A stretch of 37,747 nt of DNA from a virus. Taxonomy: Duplodnaviria > Caudoviricetes. The notes beneath the pieces were generated by a model, which saw only the letters and a list, made by a program, of their open reading frames with translations, was not told where the DNA came from and searched no databases. The stretch's first letter is position 1, and every line of letters begins with the position of its first letter. Both the position numbers and the translations under genes were made by a program. The DNA lies in IMG/VR virus record IMGVR_UViG_3300037692_000053, positions 1 through 37,747 of that record; one strand, given 5' to 3'. Positions 17,443 through 26,482 of the stretch are shown in pieces.

Positions 17443-17751
17443 ATGTCACTCCCATCTTTAGATAATGACTTTCGCCCCAGGTTCTCCGGTGAAATCACCC
17501 CTGCACAGGCCCAAACCCTGTCACAAATCCTCCCTCATGGAATGAAGAAACATCTCGTCCAGGTCTTCGTTAACGGAGTCATTGATCTCCACGCTCGTGG
17601 CGGCCAGACCGCTCTTGGTGCCATAGTTTCAGAATTCATCTCAATCAACCAACTTCTCCTCATTGGCCTCAGAGTTAGTAGGGAGAGGAAGATTAAAGAG
17701 TTGGAGAAGAAATTGGAGGAACTGAGAAATGTACAAAGTAACAATTCATAA
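17443..17751 (+). CDS. Hypothetical protein, possibly DNA-binding
   Basis: 102 aa, AAGGA RBS. Confidence 0.7.
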   Translation: MSLPSLDNDFRPRFSGEITPAQAQTLSQILPHGMKKHLVQVFVNGVIDLHARGGQTALGAIVSEFISINQLLLIGLRVSRERKIKELEKKLEELRNVQSNNS

Positions 17752-18055
17752 CCTAAAAGGGACAGTATTACCTTCTAAATCTTATGATTTTCGTATTGAT
17801 AGGAAATCACCATTAGGTAATCCTTTCTTTATGAAAGGTGAGTATGAACGTCATATAGTATGTGACAAATACGAAGAATACTTTAATAAGAAAGCTTTAT
17901 ATAATCAGCATGTTAAAGTATATCTTAATAAAATCTTAACAGAATTAAAAACTAATAAAAAAGTGAGACTTTTCTGCTGGTGTGCACCTAAACGTTGCCA
18001 TGCTGAAACAATTAAAAAGTGGTTATTAGAAGAGGTGCAGAATGGCCACACTTGA
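17729..18055 (+). CDS. DUF4326 family protein
   Basis: IDRKSPLGNPF...LFCWCAPKRCHAE signature. Confidence 0.85.
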   Translation: MYKVTIHNLKGTVLPSKSYDFRIDRKSPLGNPFFMKGEYERHIVCDKYEEYFNKKALYNQHVKVYLNKILTELKTNKKVRLFCWCAPKRCHAETIKKWLLEEVQNGHT

Positions 18056-18308
18056 CACCTTATCTATCTCTATAACCAAACGTCCTTACCAAGACCTCGT
18101 AACCCTTATCTCAAACATTCGTGCTCAACGCCGTAAGCGTCCTGAGCCTAAGGCGCGTAAGGGCACTGCAAAGTCCTCACGCAATGTGAGTAAAAAGAAT
18201 CCTAAACAACAAGACCTATTTGCCCTAGCCAGTTCTATGTCTAAAAATGACAAAGATGCAATGGCTGCAACTCTTATGAACATGATGAATGAAGGAGGTA
18301 AGTTATGA
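18042..18308 (+). CDS. Hypothetical basic protein
   Basis: 88 aa, GAGG RBS. Confidence 0.7.
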   Translation: MATLDTLSISITKRPYQDLVTLISNIRAQRRKRPEPKARKGTAKSSRNVSKKNPKQQDLFALASSMSKNDKDAMAATLMNMMNEGGKL

Positions 18309-18673
18309 TATTTAAACTAAGCCCTAAAGGACTAAAATTGGCTGAGGAATTTGAACAGTTGTTTGGGGACGTAGAATGCACATGTGCTCTATACGATCCT
18401 GATGTTGAAGAGGTGTGGTTCTGTGCCAAATGCAAGCATCCCGGCAACCCTCAGAACATCCAAGAAGACGACTCTAACATAACCAACATCTTAATCTCAA
18501 AACAGGACGTGTTTGAATCTACTGCATGTTCTCATGTGTGGGGCTACACTAATAACCCACTCAGATTAATAACATCTCAGGAACAATTTAAATCTGTACC
18601 TGATCTGGAAAATATAATCCCTTTCCCTTACTGCCCTTACTGCGGTATAAAACTTCCTAAGGTATCTGTATGA
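18305..18673 (+). CDS. Cys-rich hypothetical protein
   Basis: CTC, CAKC, CPYC motifs; GGAGG RBS. Confidence 0.7.
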   Translation: MIFKLSPKGLKLAEEFEQLFGDVECTCALYDPDVEEVWFCAKCKHPGNPQNIQEDDSNITNILISKQDVFESTACSHVWGYTNNPLRLITSQEQFKSVPDLENIIPFPYCPYCGIKLPKVSV

Positions 18674-20013
18674 AACTAGAAACTCCTGAAATTCCCCTCT
18701 CCTCAATTGAACTCGGTTCACGCTACAGAGACGATTATGGGGATATTCCTCAACTAATCCACAGCATCAAAAAGAATGGACTAATCACACCTATCGCTGT
18801 AGGTGTAGCTGACAAGATCAACATCCCTCGTACCACAAACCTTCCTTACATCCTCCTTGCTGGTGGGCGCCGCATGAAAGCCCTCACAGAGATGGGCTGG
18901 ACTATGATCCCTGTTCGAATCTACGACCAACCTATCTCCATCCTTGACCTCCGTTCTATTGAATTGGCCGAGAATTTCGATCGTAAGGAAATGACCTACC
19001 CTGAACAACTTGCTCTAATGAAAGAGATAGATGATTTACAGATGGCAATCCACGGCCCTAAGATTGCGCGTAGTGCAGGTGCTCCTGGTTGGAGTCAAGC
19101 TGATACAGCCAAACTTCTTAAAAAATCTCCGGCCTCTGTAACTATTGACCTTCAACTGGCCCGTGCTATCGAAGATCATCCTGAACTCCAGTTGGATAAA
19201 TGTAAGAATAAGGCCGAAGCTCTGAAGCGTCTTAAGAATGTAACCAAAATTGTAACCAACAGTCTTCAAGCCCAAACTTACACCAAAACTGTAAACGGCA
19301 CAGGTTCCTCTGATCAAATGTTCCGTAAGCTCTGTTCCAACTACATCATTGCTGACTGTCGTACTATAATGAAAGGTATGCCCTCCAACTCACTCAACTT
19401 CATTGAAATAGATCCACCTTACGCAATCGACCTACCCTCCGTTAAATCAGATAACGAATGTATTGGATACAATGAGGTAAAGGTTAAGGATTATGAACCT
19501 CTAATGAAGACTATCTTATGGGAATCCTATCGTCTTCTTAAGGAAGGTTCATGGCTAATTGTCTGGTTTGCTGCTGACCCTTGGTTCCAGCCAATGTCTG
19601 AGTGGATCAGGGATGCAGGTTTCAAGATGAACCTCCTCCCTGGAATTTGGACTAAACCTCAAGGTCAAACTGCTCAACCGGAAACTTATCTGGGAAACTC
19701 TTATGAAATGTTCTTCTACGCCCGTAAGGGTAAGGCACGTCTACAAAAACCTGGCCGCTCAAACATCTTTGACTTCAAACCTGTGAATCCATCTCTAAAA
19801 TACCATCCGACACAACGCCCCCTGGACCTCATGAAGGAAGTCTATTCTACCTTCGCTTCCCCTAACTCCAACGGCTACATCCCTTTTCTTGGCTCAGGAG
19901 TTGGCCTCCTCACTGCACATGACCTTAGTATGAATATGATAGGCACCGACCTTACGCAAACTTTCAAGGATGGGTACATCTTGGAAATTAAAAAGTTAAC
20001 TGGAGCAAACTAA
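18670..20013 (+). CDS. ParB/Spo0J-like CTPase + HTH fused to beta-class amino (N6A/N4C) DNA methyltransferase
   Basis: ParB: SIKKNGLITPIAV, LAGGRRMKA, ENFDRKEMT; HTH: WSQADTAKLLKKSPASVTIDL; MTase: DPPY, HPTQRP, PFLGSG. Confidence 0.9.
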   Translation: MKLETPEIPLSSIELGSRYRDDYGDIPQLIHSIKKNGLITPIAVGVADKINIPRTTNLPYILLAGGRRMKALTEMGWTMIPVRIYDQPISILDLRSIELAENFDRKEMTYPEQLALMKEIDDLQMAIHGPKIARSAGAPGWSQADTAKLLKKSPASVTIDLQLARAIEDHPELQLDKCKNKAEALKRLKNVTKIVTNSLQAQTYTKTVNGTGSSDQMFRKLCSNYIIADCRTIMKGMPSNSLNFIEIDPPYAIDLPSVKSDNECIGYNEVKVKDYEPLMKTILWESYRLLKEGSWLIVWFAADPWFQPMSEWIRDAGFKMNLLPGIWTKPQGQTAQPETYLGNSYEMFFYARKGKARLQKPGRSNIFDFKPVNPSLKYHPTQRPLDLMKEVYSTFASPNSNGYIPFLGSGVGLLTAHDLSMNMIGTDLTQTFKDGYILEIKKLTGAN

Positions 20014-20014
20014 C

Positions 20015-20566
20015 ATGACAATCGCCTTCTTCGACACTGAAACCCATAAAGACTGGGTCTGTCAACTCGCAGTCCTTGTCACTGATAATGATGGTAACGA
20101 AATTAATACCTTCTCCTCTCTCATCCATTCAGATGGGCGTGAACTTTGTATGAAATACTGTTACCCTGTACACGGAATTTCCCGTGAAAAAAGTGACACC
20201 TATGGAATCCATTACTCCTCTGCTCTAGACATTGCTGGAGAACTTCTCAGTCTTGCTGACACAATAGTGGCTCACAACTTCTCCTTTGATGAACGCTTCT
20301 TACGCAACACTGCTTATGATTGTGGCCCTGACACTCTTGCACAAGTTGTTGAACTGTTCAAATCTCGCAATTGTATCTGCACCATGCAGGAGAGTAAAAC
20401 TTTCTGTGGCCTGAAGAATGTCAAAGGTCAGCCTAAACCTCCCAAACTTACCGAACTCTACAGTATTCTGTTTGATGAAGAATTTGGAGATAGTCACGAT
20501 GCACTTAAAGACACCAGGGCTACAGCTCGATGCTTCTTTGAACTTCGTAAACGAGGCATCTTATAA
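20015..20566 (+). CDS. DEDDh 3'-5' exonuclease (DnaQ-like)
   Basis: FDTET, AHNFSFD, HDALKD. Confidence 0.9.
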   Translation: MTIAFFDTETHKDWVCQLAVLVTDNDGNEINTFSSLIHSDGRELCMKYCYPVHGISREKSDTYGIHYSSALDIAGELLSLADTIVAHNFSFDERFLRNTAYDCGPDTLAQVVELFKSRNCICTMQESKTFCGLKNVKGQPKPPKLTELYSILFDEEFGDSHDALKDTRATARCFFELRKRGIL

Positions 20567-20814
20567 TGATCCTCACAATTGCTCAGCTAGGCATCACCAT
20601 TTTCGGCCTTACTGGATTTCTTATGGTTACACGTGAGACATATAAAGCCCAAGTGCTTGGTGTGATCTGTGGACTCCTGGCCAATCCCTTCTGGTGGATG
20701 ATGGTGATAACTACTGAGCAATACATCTCAATCCCTGTACACTTATGCTACACCTACGGATGGATTCGTAAGGCTGTAGCACTTTATAAAAATAGACCTG
20801 GAGGTCTGATATGA
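20566..20814 (+). CDS. Small 3-helix membrane protein (PnuC-fragment-like)
   Basis: Three hydrophobic segments, G..ANPFW motif. Confidence 0.6.
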   Translation: MILTIAQLGITIFGLTGFLMVTRETYKAQVLGVICGLLANPFWWMMVITTEQYISIPVHLCYTYGWIRKAVALYKNRPGGLI

Positions 20815-20999
20815 ACGATAATTTTAGATCAGAAGCTGATAGAAAAGCTACTATGGATTTTGTAATTCAAAAGATCTTAATACAAAATTGTGGTAGAGTA
20901 TTATCTCCTAATGTAGTTGATGAAATAAAAGAAGAGTTTAAATTTGAAATGTATAAAGGTTCTTGTTCTTGGGCTTTTAATATGTATTTAGGGAGTTGA
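20811..20999 (+). CDS. AT-rich hypothetical protein
   Basis: 62 aa, GGAGG RBS, ATGA overlap. Confidence 0.6.
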   Translation: MNDNFRSEADRKATMDFVIQKILIQNCGRVLSPNVVDEIKEEFKFEMYKGSCSWAFNMYLGS

Positions 21000-21056
21000 T
21001 ATGAACCAGATATTTGAAGATGACTATCCAATCAAAAGAAAAAAGAGGATAAAAAA

Positions 21057-21329
21057 ATGCACCAATTCCAACACAAATCTCTGAGGAGCAACGACTGGAG
21101 GGACTTCGCAATTGAAGTAGGTCATCATATAGATAATTATACAACTAAACAATATGGAGATAAGGGTGAGGACCAATGCACTGACTTCACCATTCAGGAC
21201 TTCCTCACTAAAATAAAGAAGTACTGTAACCGTTGCGGGAAGAATGCCCGCTTGGGGCAGGACAAACTTGACATGATGAAGATTGCTCATTACGCGCAAA
21301 TGGCATATGATAAACTCGACAAGGAATAA
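21057..21329 (+). CDS. Hypothetical protein, DUF3310-like C-terminal motif (possible nucleotide metabolism)
   Basis: IKKYCNRCGKN...DMMKIAHY resembles the KY..R.G.K...DL.KA..Y motif. Confidence 0.55.
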   Translation: MHQFQHKSLRSNDWRDFAIEVGHHIDNYTTKQYGDKGEDQCTDFTIQDFLTKIKKYCNRCGKNARLGQDKLDMMKIAHYAQMAYDKLDKE

Positions 21330-21334
21330 ATGTA

Positions 21335-21363
21335 TTCCTACGTTTAATAATTCAACACAGCAA
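21335..21363. repeat. 29-bp dispersed palindrome copy 7
   Basis: TTCCTACGTT-TAATAATTC-AACACAGCAA. Confidence 0.9.
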
Positions 21364-21388
21364 TCACCCAATGCGGGAGAGGTAAGTT

Positions 21389-21577
21389 ATGACTAAACAA
21401 GAAGCAATAGAAAAAGGTGCCAAGTATTACTGTCCTGGTTGTGGTACAGCTTATACTTACATACCCAAATATTGGGATGATAGAGCAAGCTGTGAAGGAG
21501 CTTATTTTACACAATGCAAACATTGTGATTGTGATATTATACTTCATTTAGAAGATGATTCAATTGTGAGAGTATAA
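21389..21577 (+). CDS. Small zinc-finger protein
   Basis: CPGC...CKHC; GAGG RBS. Confidence 0.7.
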   Translation: MTKQEAIEKGAKYYCPGCGTAYTYIPKYWDDRASCEGAYFTQCKHCDCDIILHLEDDSIVRV

Positions 21578-21578
21578 T

Positions 21579-24125
21579 ATGTATAAAACAAAAGCTACCT
21601 ATGTTCACCCTTCAGGCAACCCTCTCACAGCCAAATACATTATTGTAGGCACTGTTCCAGACAAACTGGACATAATCAAAGGTAAACCGTTCTCTGGTTA
21701 TGATGGAACTGAACTCACTGAGGATCTTCACAAAGCAGGCATCAGTAGGGGTGACTGCTACTTCACATATGTCATTAAGGATGCTGATCGTCCTCTTGCT
21801 TTCTACATAAAACCTCAGTTTAGAAACAAAACCATAACTGGCTACACCATCACGGAGGAGGGCCAGAAATATGTAAACCTCCTCGCAACTGAACTATCCA
21901 AATGCACCTCCTCTAATGTTATAATAGCATTAGGAGATGTACCCCTATTCATCTTGGGTGATCGTCAGGGAATTATGAAGTGGAGGGGCTCAGTCATACG
22001 TCCCACCCTGATGAACGGTAAGAATTTAATCGGGGCAGTTGATCCTAAAACAATTACAGGTGAGTGGGGGAATTATGGCAACTTTAAGAATCGAAGATTG
22101 CTCATCATCGACCTTATCCGCGCTAAGAAAGTGGCTCTTGGAGAGTGGAACTGTATACCACGTTCCATCACTATTAGACCAAGTTTCAATCAATGCTTAT
22201 TATTCCTTAGGGCCTGCGAACAGTATGGACTCCTAGGTAACATTATCTTCTATGATATCGAAGTGGATATGTTTAACGGTGAGATGACCTGTATATCTCT
22301 GGCCTTCACTTCATCCGATGTAATCTCCATTCCGTTCACATGTGAGCACGGAGATTACTTCACACTCCCTCAGGAGATTGAAATCCTACAATTCATCGCA
22401 CGGATTTTGGAGAATTCTGATATTGAAATAGGTGGACAAAACCTAAGCTTCGACTCCAACTATTTAATGAGAAAGTATGGTATCTGCGTTACCTCGATGC
22501 ATGATACGATGGTGGCACAGAAAACTCTTCTTCCTGACTACCCCGTAGGATTACATTTCATCTGCTCCACATACACCGATATTCCTTACTACAAGGATGA
22601 TGGGAAGTATTGGATTAAGGGACAGATTGGAACGTATGAGATGTTCTGGAAATATAATGCAATGGATTCAGTAGTATGTGCTGATGCATTTCCTAAACAG
22701 TTAGAAGCGTTGAAGAAACAGGGGAACTACTCAACATACTTGAGGAAGGTGCGTAGTATTCCGGCCTACGTATATATCATGGAGCATGGGATTAAGATTA
22801 ATCTGGAGACAATGGTTGCAACTTATGACAAACTCAATAGAGACGCTCTTACTGTACTCCAAGAATTGGAGGGAATCGCAGGAACTCACCTAAATCCAAA
22901 TTCGCCAAAACAAATTGCTTCTTACTTCTATGACACTAAGAGACTTCCAGCTTACAAATCTAAATCTGGTGGACGAAGTACTGATGAGAAAGCTCTCAAG
23001 CGAATCTCCCGTAAGGGTTACAAGGAAGCCAAGCTCATCCTTAAATACAGACATCTTATCAAAACTGCTTCCACATTTCTTAACCCTGCCAAAGTTGACA
23101 CAGATGGTAGAATGCGATGTTCCTACAACCCTGTCGGAACACGTTACGCCCGCGCCTCCTCCTCTGAAAACATTTTCGGCACAGGAAATAATCTCCAGAA
23201 TCAACCACACGAAGTACTTACCCACTTCGAGGCTGATCCAAACTATGTATTTTATGGCCTTGACCTTAGTCAAGCCGAGAATAGAATCGTCGCTATGGTC
23301 GGGCGCATCTCGCAGATGATTGAGTGTTTTGAAACTAAGAAAGACGTTCATAGTTTGGTTGCTACTATCATGGCCAACCTGTACTATGGAGGAAAATTAC
23401 CTGTGGGCTTTGATCCCAAGAAAACTCTGGCCCCTATTGGTGACGGCACTAAGTGTTGGCGTGACTGGGGCAAAAAAACTGGCCATGCTGCCAACTACAA
23501 CATCACTTACAAAACCCTCTCCCTGTATAATGAGATACCTGAACGTGACGGAAAGACCATATTAGAAATTTATCACAAAGCTTTTCCTGGAGTCCGAGGA
23601 GGCTACCATGCTTACATCCAACAATGCATTAATAAGAACCGAACCCTCCGCAACCTCATGGGACGGATTACTCTTTTCACTGATAAACTCGACGAGTCCC
23701 TTTATACTGAGGCATACGCATGTATCCCACAGGGTACCGTTGGAGACGTTATTGATGAGCGAGGGCTCAATTTCATTTACTATAACACAAATCCCTTATT
23801 CAAACTTGTGGAGTTGTTGATTCAGGTGCATGATCAGATAGGGTTCCAGATTCCCACCCCTTATCACCCAACTCGTCCTGTGCCATGGGAAGATCATAAC
23901 GCCATTCTTCAAATGGTCAAGGGATCATTGGAGACTCCACTGTACACCCACTATAAGTATAAGTTTGTCATTCCAGTTGATATCACAATCGGGATATCTC
24001 TTAACAAAGACCTTGGTAGGGACTTAAAACAGTTTGATCACAGAACTTTGGAAAGCTGTTACGAAGACCTGTTCTACACAAAGAGAGAGAATTCTCATTA
24101 CTTAATTGAAGAGGCTAAAGCATGA
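21579..24125 (+). CDS. polA: Family A DNA polymerase with N-terminal UDG-like domain and 3'-5' exonuclease
   Basis: UDG4-like N-terminus (G.P..A.YIIVG..P...GKPFSG); exonuclease YDIE, QNLSFD, YNAMD; polymerase motifs A DLSQAENR, B RDWGKKTGHAANY, C VHDQ. Confidence 0.93.
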   Translation: MYKTKATYVHPSGNPLTAKYIIVGTVPDKLDIIKGKPFSGYDGTELTEDLHKAGISRGDCYFTYVIKDADRPLAFYIKPQFRNKTITGYTITEEGQKYVNLLATELSKCTSSNVIIALGDVPLFILGDRQGIMKWRGSVIRPTLMNGKNLIGAVDPKTITGEWGNYGNFKNRRLLIIDLIRAKKVALGEWNCIPRSITIRPSFNQCLLFLRACEQYGLLGNIIFYDIEVDMFNGEMTCISLAFTSSDVISIPFTCEHGDYFTLPQEIEILQFIARILENSDIEIGGQNLSFDSNYLMRKYGICVTSMHDTMVAQKTLLPDYPVGLHFICSTYTDIPYYKDDGKYWIKGQIGTYEMFWKYNAMDSVVCADAFPKQLEALKKQGNYSTYLRKVRSIPAYVYIMEHGIKINLETMVATYDKLNRDALTVLQELEGIAGTHLNPNSPKQIASYFYDTKRLPAYKSKSGGRSTDEKALKRISRKGYKEAKLILKYRHLIKTASTFLNPAKVDTDGRMRCSYNPVGTRYARASSSENIFGTGNNLQNQPHEVLTHFEADPNYVFYGLDLSQAENRIVAMVGRISQMIECFETKKDVHSLVATIMANLYYGGKLPVGFDPKKTLAPIGDGTKCWRDWGKKTGHAANYNITYKTLSLYNEIPERDGKTILEIYHKAFPGVRGGYHAYIQQCINKNRTLRNLMGRITLFTDKLDESLYTEAYACIPQGTVGDVIDERGLNFIYYNTNPLFKLVELLIQVHDQIGFQIPTPYHPTRPVPWEDHNAILQMVKGSLETPLYTHYKYKFVIPVDITIGISLNKDLGRDLKQFDHRTLESCYEDLFYTKRENSHYLIEEAKA

Positions 24126-24442
24126 ACTTAAAACAAAAAGAACTTTGGGATTGGCAGATTAAAAATTTCGGAGCACCTAAGGACTCTTTTCCTTTGGAAA
24201 TGGCTATAGGTATGGGAGAAGAATTAGGTGAAGCTTATCATACTTTACTTAAAGGTATTCAGAAAATTCGTGAAGGAGTTAATGGTGTAGATACAGTTCA
24301 ACTCACTGATGATATCTTCGATGTGTGGATCTACAGTCTTCAACTCCTCAGCTACTTCAATGTGGATGCTGAAGAAGGATTTAAGGAAACTGTTGAAACA
24401 GTCCTTAATCGTGATTGGAAGAAAAATCCTAGTGAGGGGTGA
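24122..24442 (+). CDS. MazG-like nucleotide pyrophosphohydrolase
   Basis: GEELGE...DDIFD all-alpha NTP-PPase motifs. Confidence 0.75.
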   Translation: MNLKQKELWDWQIKNFGAPKDSFPLEMAIGMGEELGEAYHTLLKGIQKIREGVNGVDTVQLTDDIFDVWIYSLQLLSYFNVDAEEGFKETVETVLNRDWKKNPSEG

Positions 24443-24443
24443 A

Positions 24444-24472
24444 ATGCTACATTCAATAATTCAACACAGCAC
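24444..24472. repeat. 29-bp dispersed palindrome copy 8
   Basis: ATGCTACATT-CAATAATTC-AACACAGCAC. Confidence 0.85.
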
Positions 24473-24486
24473 ACGGAGGATATCTA

Positions 24487-24762
24487 ATGGCCATAAAACT
24501 AACAGCTAAAATATTAAGTAACATATTAAAATCAATTACTCCTGATTTATCTAATCCTATTTTTAAAGAAGATAATAAATTATTTATAAAATATGATAAT
24601 ATAAAATTTTCTATTAAAATTGATAGGGTAAAAGTAGAATTTTTCTTTAAAGGTGAACTCTTATACATATTAGAAGAAACTTATAACTCAGGTAATGAAA
24701 TTTATATAAATGGTATAGAGGGGAAAATAGAACTAAGTTTAAAAACTTATGACGAGGATTAA
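24487..24762 (+). CDS. Very AT-rich hypothetical protein
   Basis: 91 aa, GGAGG RBS. Confidence 0.65.
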   Translation: MAIKLTAKILSNILKSITPDLSNPIFKEDNKLFIKYDNIKFSIKIDRVKVEFFFKGELLYILEETYNSGNEIYINGIEGKIELSLKTYDED

Positions 24763-24946
24763 TATGGGAATATTTACTAGCAAATTAGAAACTAAAATTC
24801 ATTTCGTATCGTATATAGCTACTGATGCTGAATTAGATGGTATTATATTAGAAATAATTATACAAGAGGTTGATGGGGGATTTTATATAGGAGAACCTAC
24901 TATTGAAAAGGTTACTTTAGATATAGGAGATGAGATTATATTATGA
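24749..24946 (+). CDS. AT-rich acidic hypothetical protein
   Basis: 65 aa, coupled to the helicase gene. Confidence 0.55.
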   Translation: MTRINMGIFTSKLETKIHFVSYIATDAELDGIILEIIIQEVDGGFYIGEPTIEKVTLDIGDEIIL

Positions 24947-26166
24947 CCTCTCGCAAACTCTCTAACTGGCTCGACGCCTATCTCGACTACACCTACGAGT
25001 CAGAACCTCCTGAAATCTTCCACATATGGACGGGCATCTCCACCGTAGCCTCAGCCCTACAACGTAAGTGTGTTCTGAATTGGGGTCCACTACAATTCTA
25101 CCCCAACTTATACATCGTACTGGTTGCTCCTTCCGGTAAGGCCCGCAAGGGTACGGCTATGGCCTACGGAAAAAACCTTATGAGTAAGTTGGGAATTAAA
25201 ATGGCTGCGGAGTCCATCACCCGGGAAGCGCTGGTCAGGGAAATCGAACAAGCTTACGACACCATCATAGACGACGAAACTGGCTCCATGACTTTCCACT
25301 CCTCTCTCACAGTCTGCGCTCCAGAACTTGTAGTATTCCTCGGCTATAACCAACAACAGTTGATGATGGACCTGACGGACTGGTTCGATTGTGGGCATGG
25401 TCCTGAGGGGCGTTGGACCTATCGTACCAAGACACAGGGTTCAGATGAACTCATTGGTGTGTGGGTTAACTTAATTGGGGCAACTACTCCTGACCTCCTG
25501 CGCTCAACCCTCAGTATGGATGCCATAGGTGGTGGCCTAACCTCCCGCATCATATTTGTCTATGCTGCTGATAAAGGTAAGTCATGCCCCACCCCTTTCA
25601 TCTCTCCTGTGAAAGCAGAACTAGCTGAAGATATCTATTATGATCTGGAACAAATCCGCCTCATGAAGGGGGAGTTCAAATACACTAAGGAATTTATAAG
25701 TCTTTGGACCGACTGGTATACTGCTCAGGAAGGGAAGGAAATCTTCAAAGAACATTCTCTCCAACCCTACTGTGAACGGCGCCCTGTTCACATCATGAAA
25801 CTCAGCATGGTAATGTCTGCCTGCCGTAACTCAAAGATGATCGTCAATGAGGCTGACCTAAGTAAAGCAATTACTCTCCTTGAACACACTGAACGCTTCA
25901 TGCCTAGAGTCTTTTCCGGTATCGGTAAATCTCCACATGCCGAAGTAATTTCTAAAATCATGACTGAGATTGGTCTGCAGGGTAAGGTTGCTAAGTCCAC
26001 TCTTATGGCTAAATTCTACAACGATGCAGACGATAGGGCCCTCAACCTTATGATTGAGACGTTGAAAACCATGAAGTTCCTTAACGTCATCTACGACGCT
26101 ATGGGTAACGAGATTCTCGTCCACTGTAAGACAGGTTCAGGAGGTCAGAATGAAAGCTTTAATTGA
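24943..26166 (+). CDS. DUF3987/YfjI-like P-loop ATPase, putative replicative helicase
   Basis: YPNLYIVLVAPSGKARKGT Walker A-like, GATTP, GLTSRIIFV; ends the replication module. Confidence 0.75.
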   Translation: MTSRKLSNWLDAYLDYTYESEPPEIFHIWTGISTVASALQRKCVLNWGPLQFYPNLYIVLVAPSGKARKGTAMAYGKNLMSKLGIKMAAESITREALVREIEQAYDTIIDDETGSMTFHSSLTVCAPELVVFLGYNQQQLMMDLTDWFDCGHGPEGRWTYRTKTQGSDELIGVWVNLIGATTPDLLRSTLSMDAIGGGLTSRIIFVYAADKGKSCPTPFISPVKAELAEDIYYDLEQIRLMKGEFKYTKEFISLWTDWYTAQEGKEIFKEHSLQPYCERRPVHIMKLSMVMSACRNSKMIVNEADLSKAITLLEHTERFMPRVFSGIGKSPHAEVISKIMTEIGLQGKVAKSTLMAKFYNDADDRALNLMIETLKTMKFLNVIYDAMGNEILVHCKTGSGGQNESFN

Positions 26167-26470
26167 TCTCCTCCACATCCTCCTGTGCCAACAAGAACAC
26201 ACCTACGACGTGATGCGTATTACTACTCGCCAACCCCACGATTCCTACTGCTACTTCTACATCGAGAACGACATTGCAGATGGAGAATCTATGCCTGACC
26301 ATGTACAGTGGAAGAGTATTACAGATAAGTTCAAAACCTCCTTATCACTCAGGAGTGACGAGGAGGCTATAAACTTTCTCAGGGATTTAATCAAGTTGAG
26401 TCAAGACAGTAAGAAGTTGTCCGGTGGGAACATAAACAGGTTGCAATTCATTCAGTCAATTTTATCTTAA
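26150..26470 (+). CDS. Hypothetical protein
   Basis: 106 aa, GGAGG RBS. Confidence 0.7.
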   Translation: MKALIDLLHILLCQQEHTYDVMRITTRQPHDSYCYFYIENDIADGESMPDHVQWKSITDKFKTSLSLRSDEEAINFLRDLIKLSQDSKKLSGGNINRLQFIQSILS

Positions 26471-26482
26471 AGGAGATTAGTT

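Noticed and set aside
18670-20013. ParABS plasmid-prophage partition system or restriction-modification pair
   Set aside because: No ParA is seen (the only nearby ATPase is Sak4-like), and no cognate restriction endonuclease is adjacent.
21057-24442. Z-base, 7-deazaguanine or hmU modified-genome pathway
   Set aside because: No PurZ, Que/DpdA, thymidylate-synthase-like or glycosyltransferase gene is recognisable in the window.
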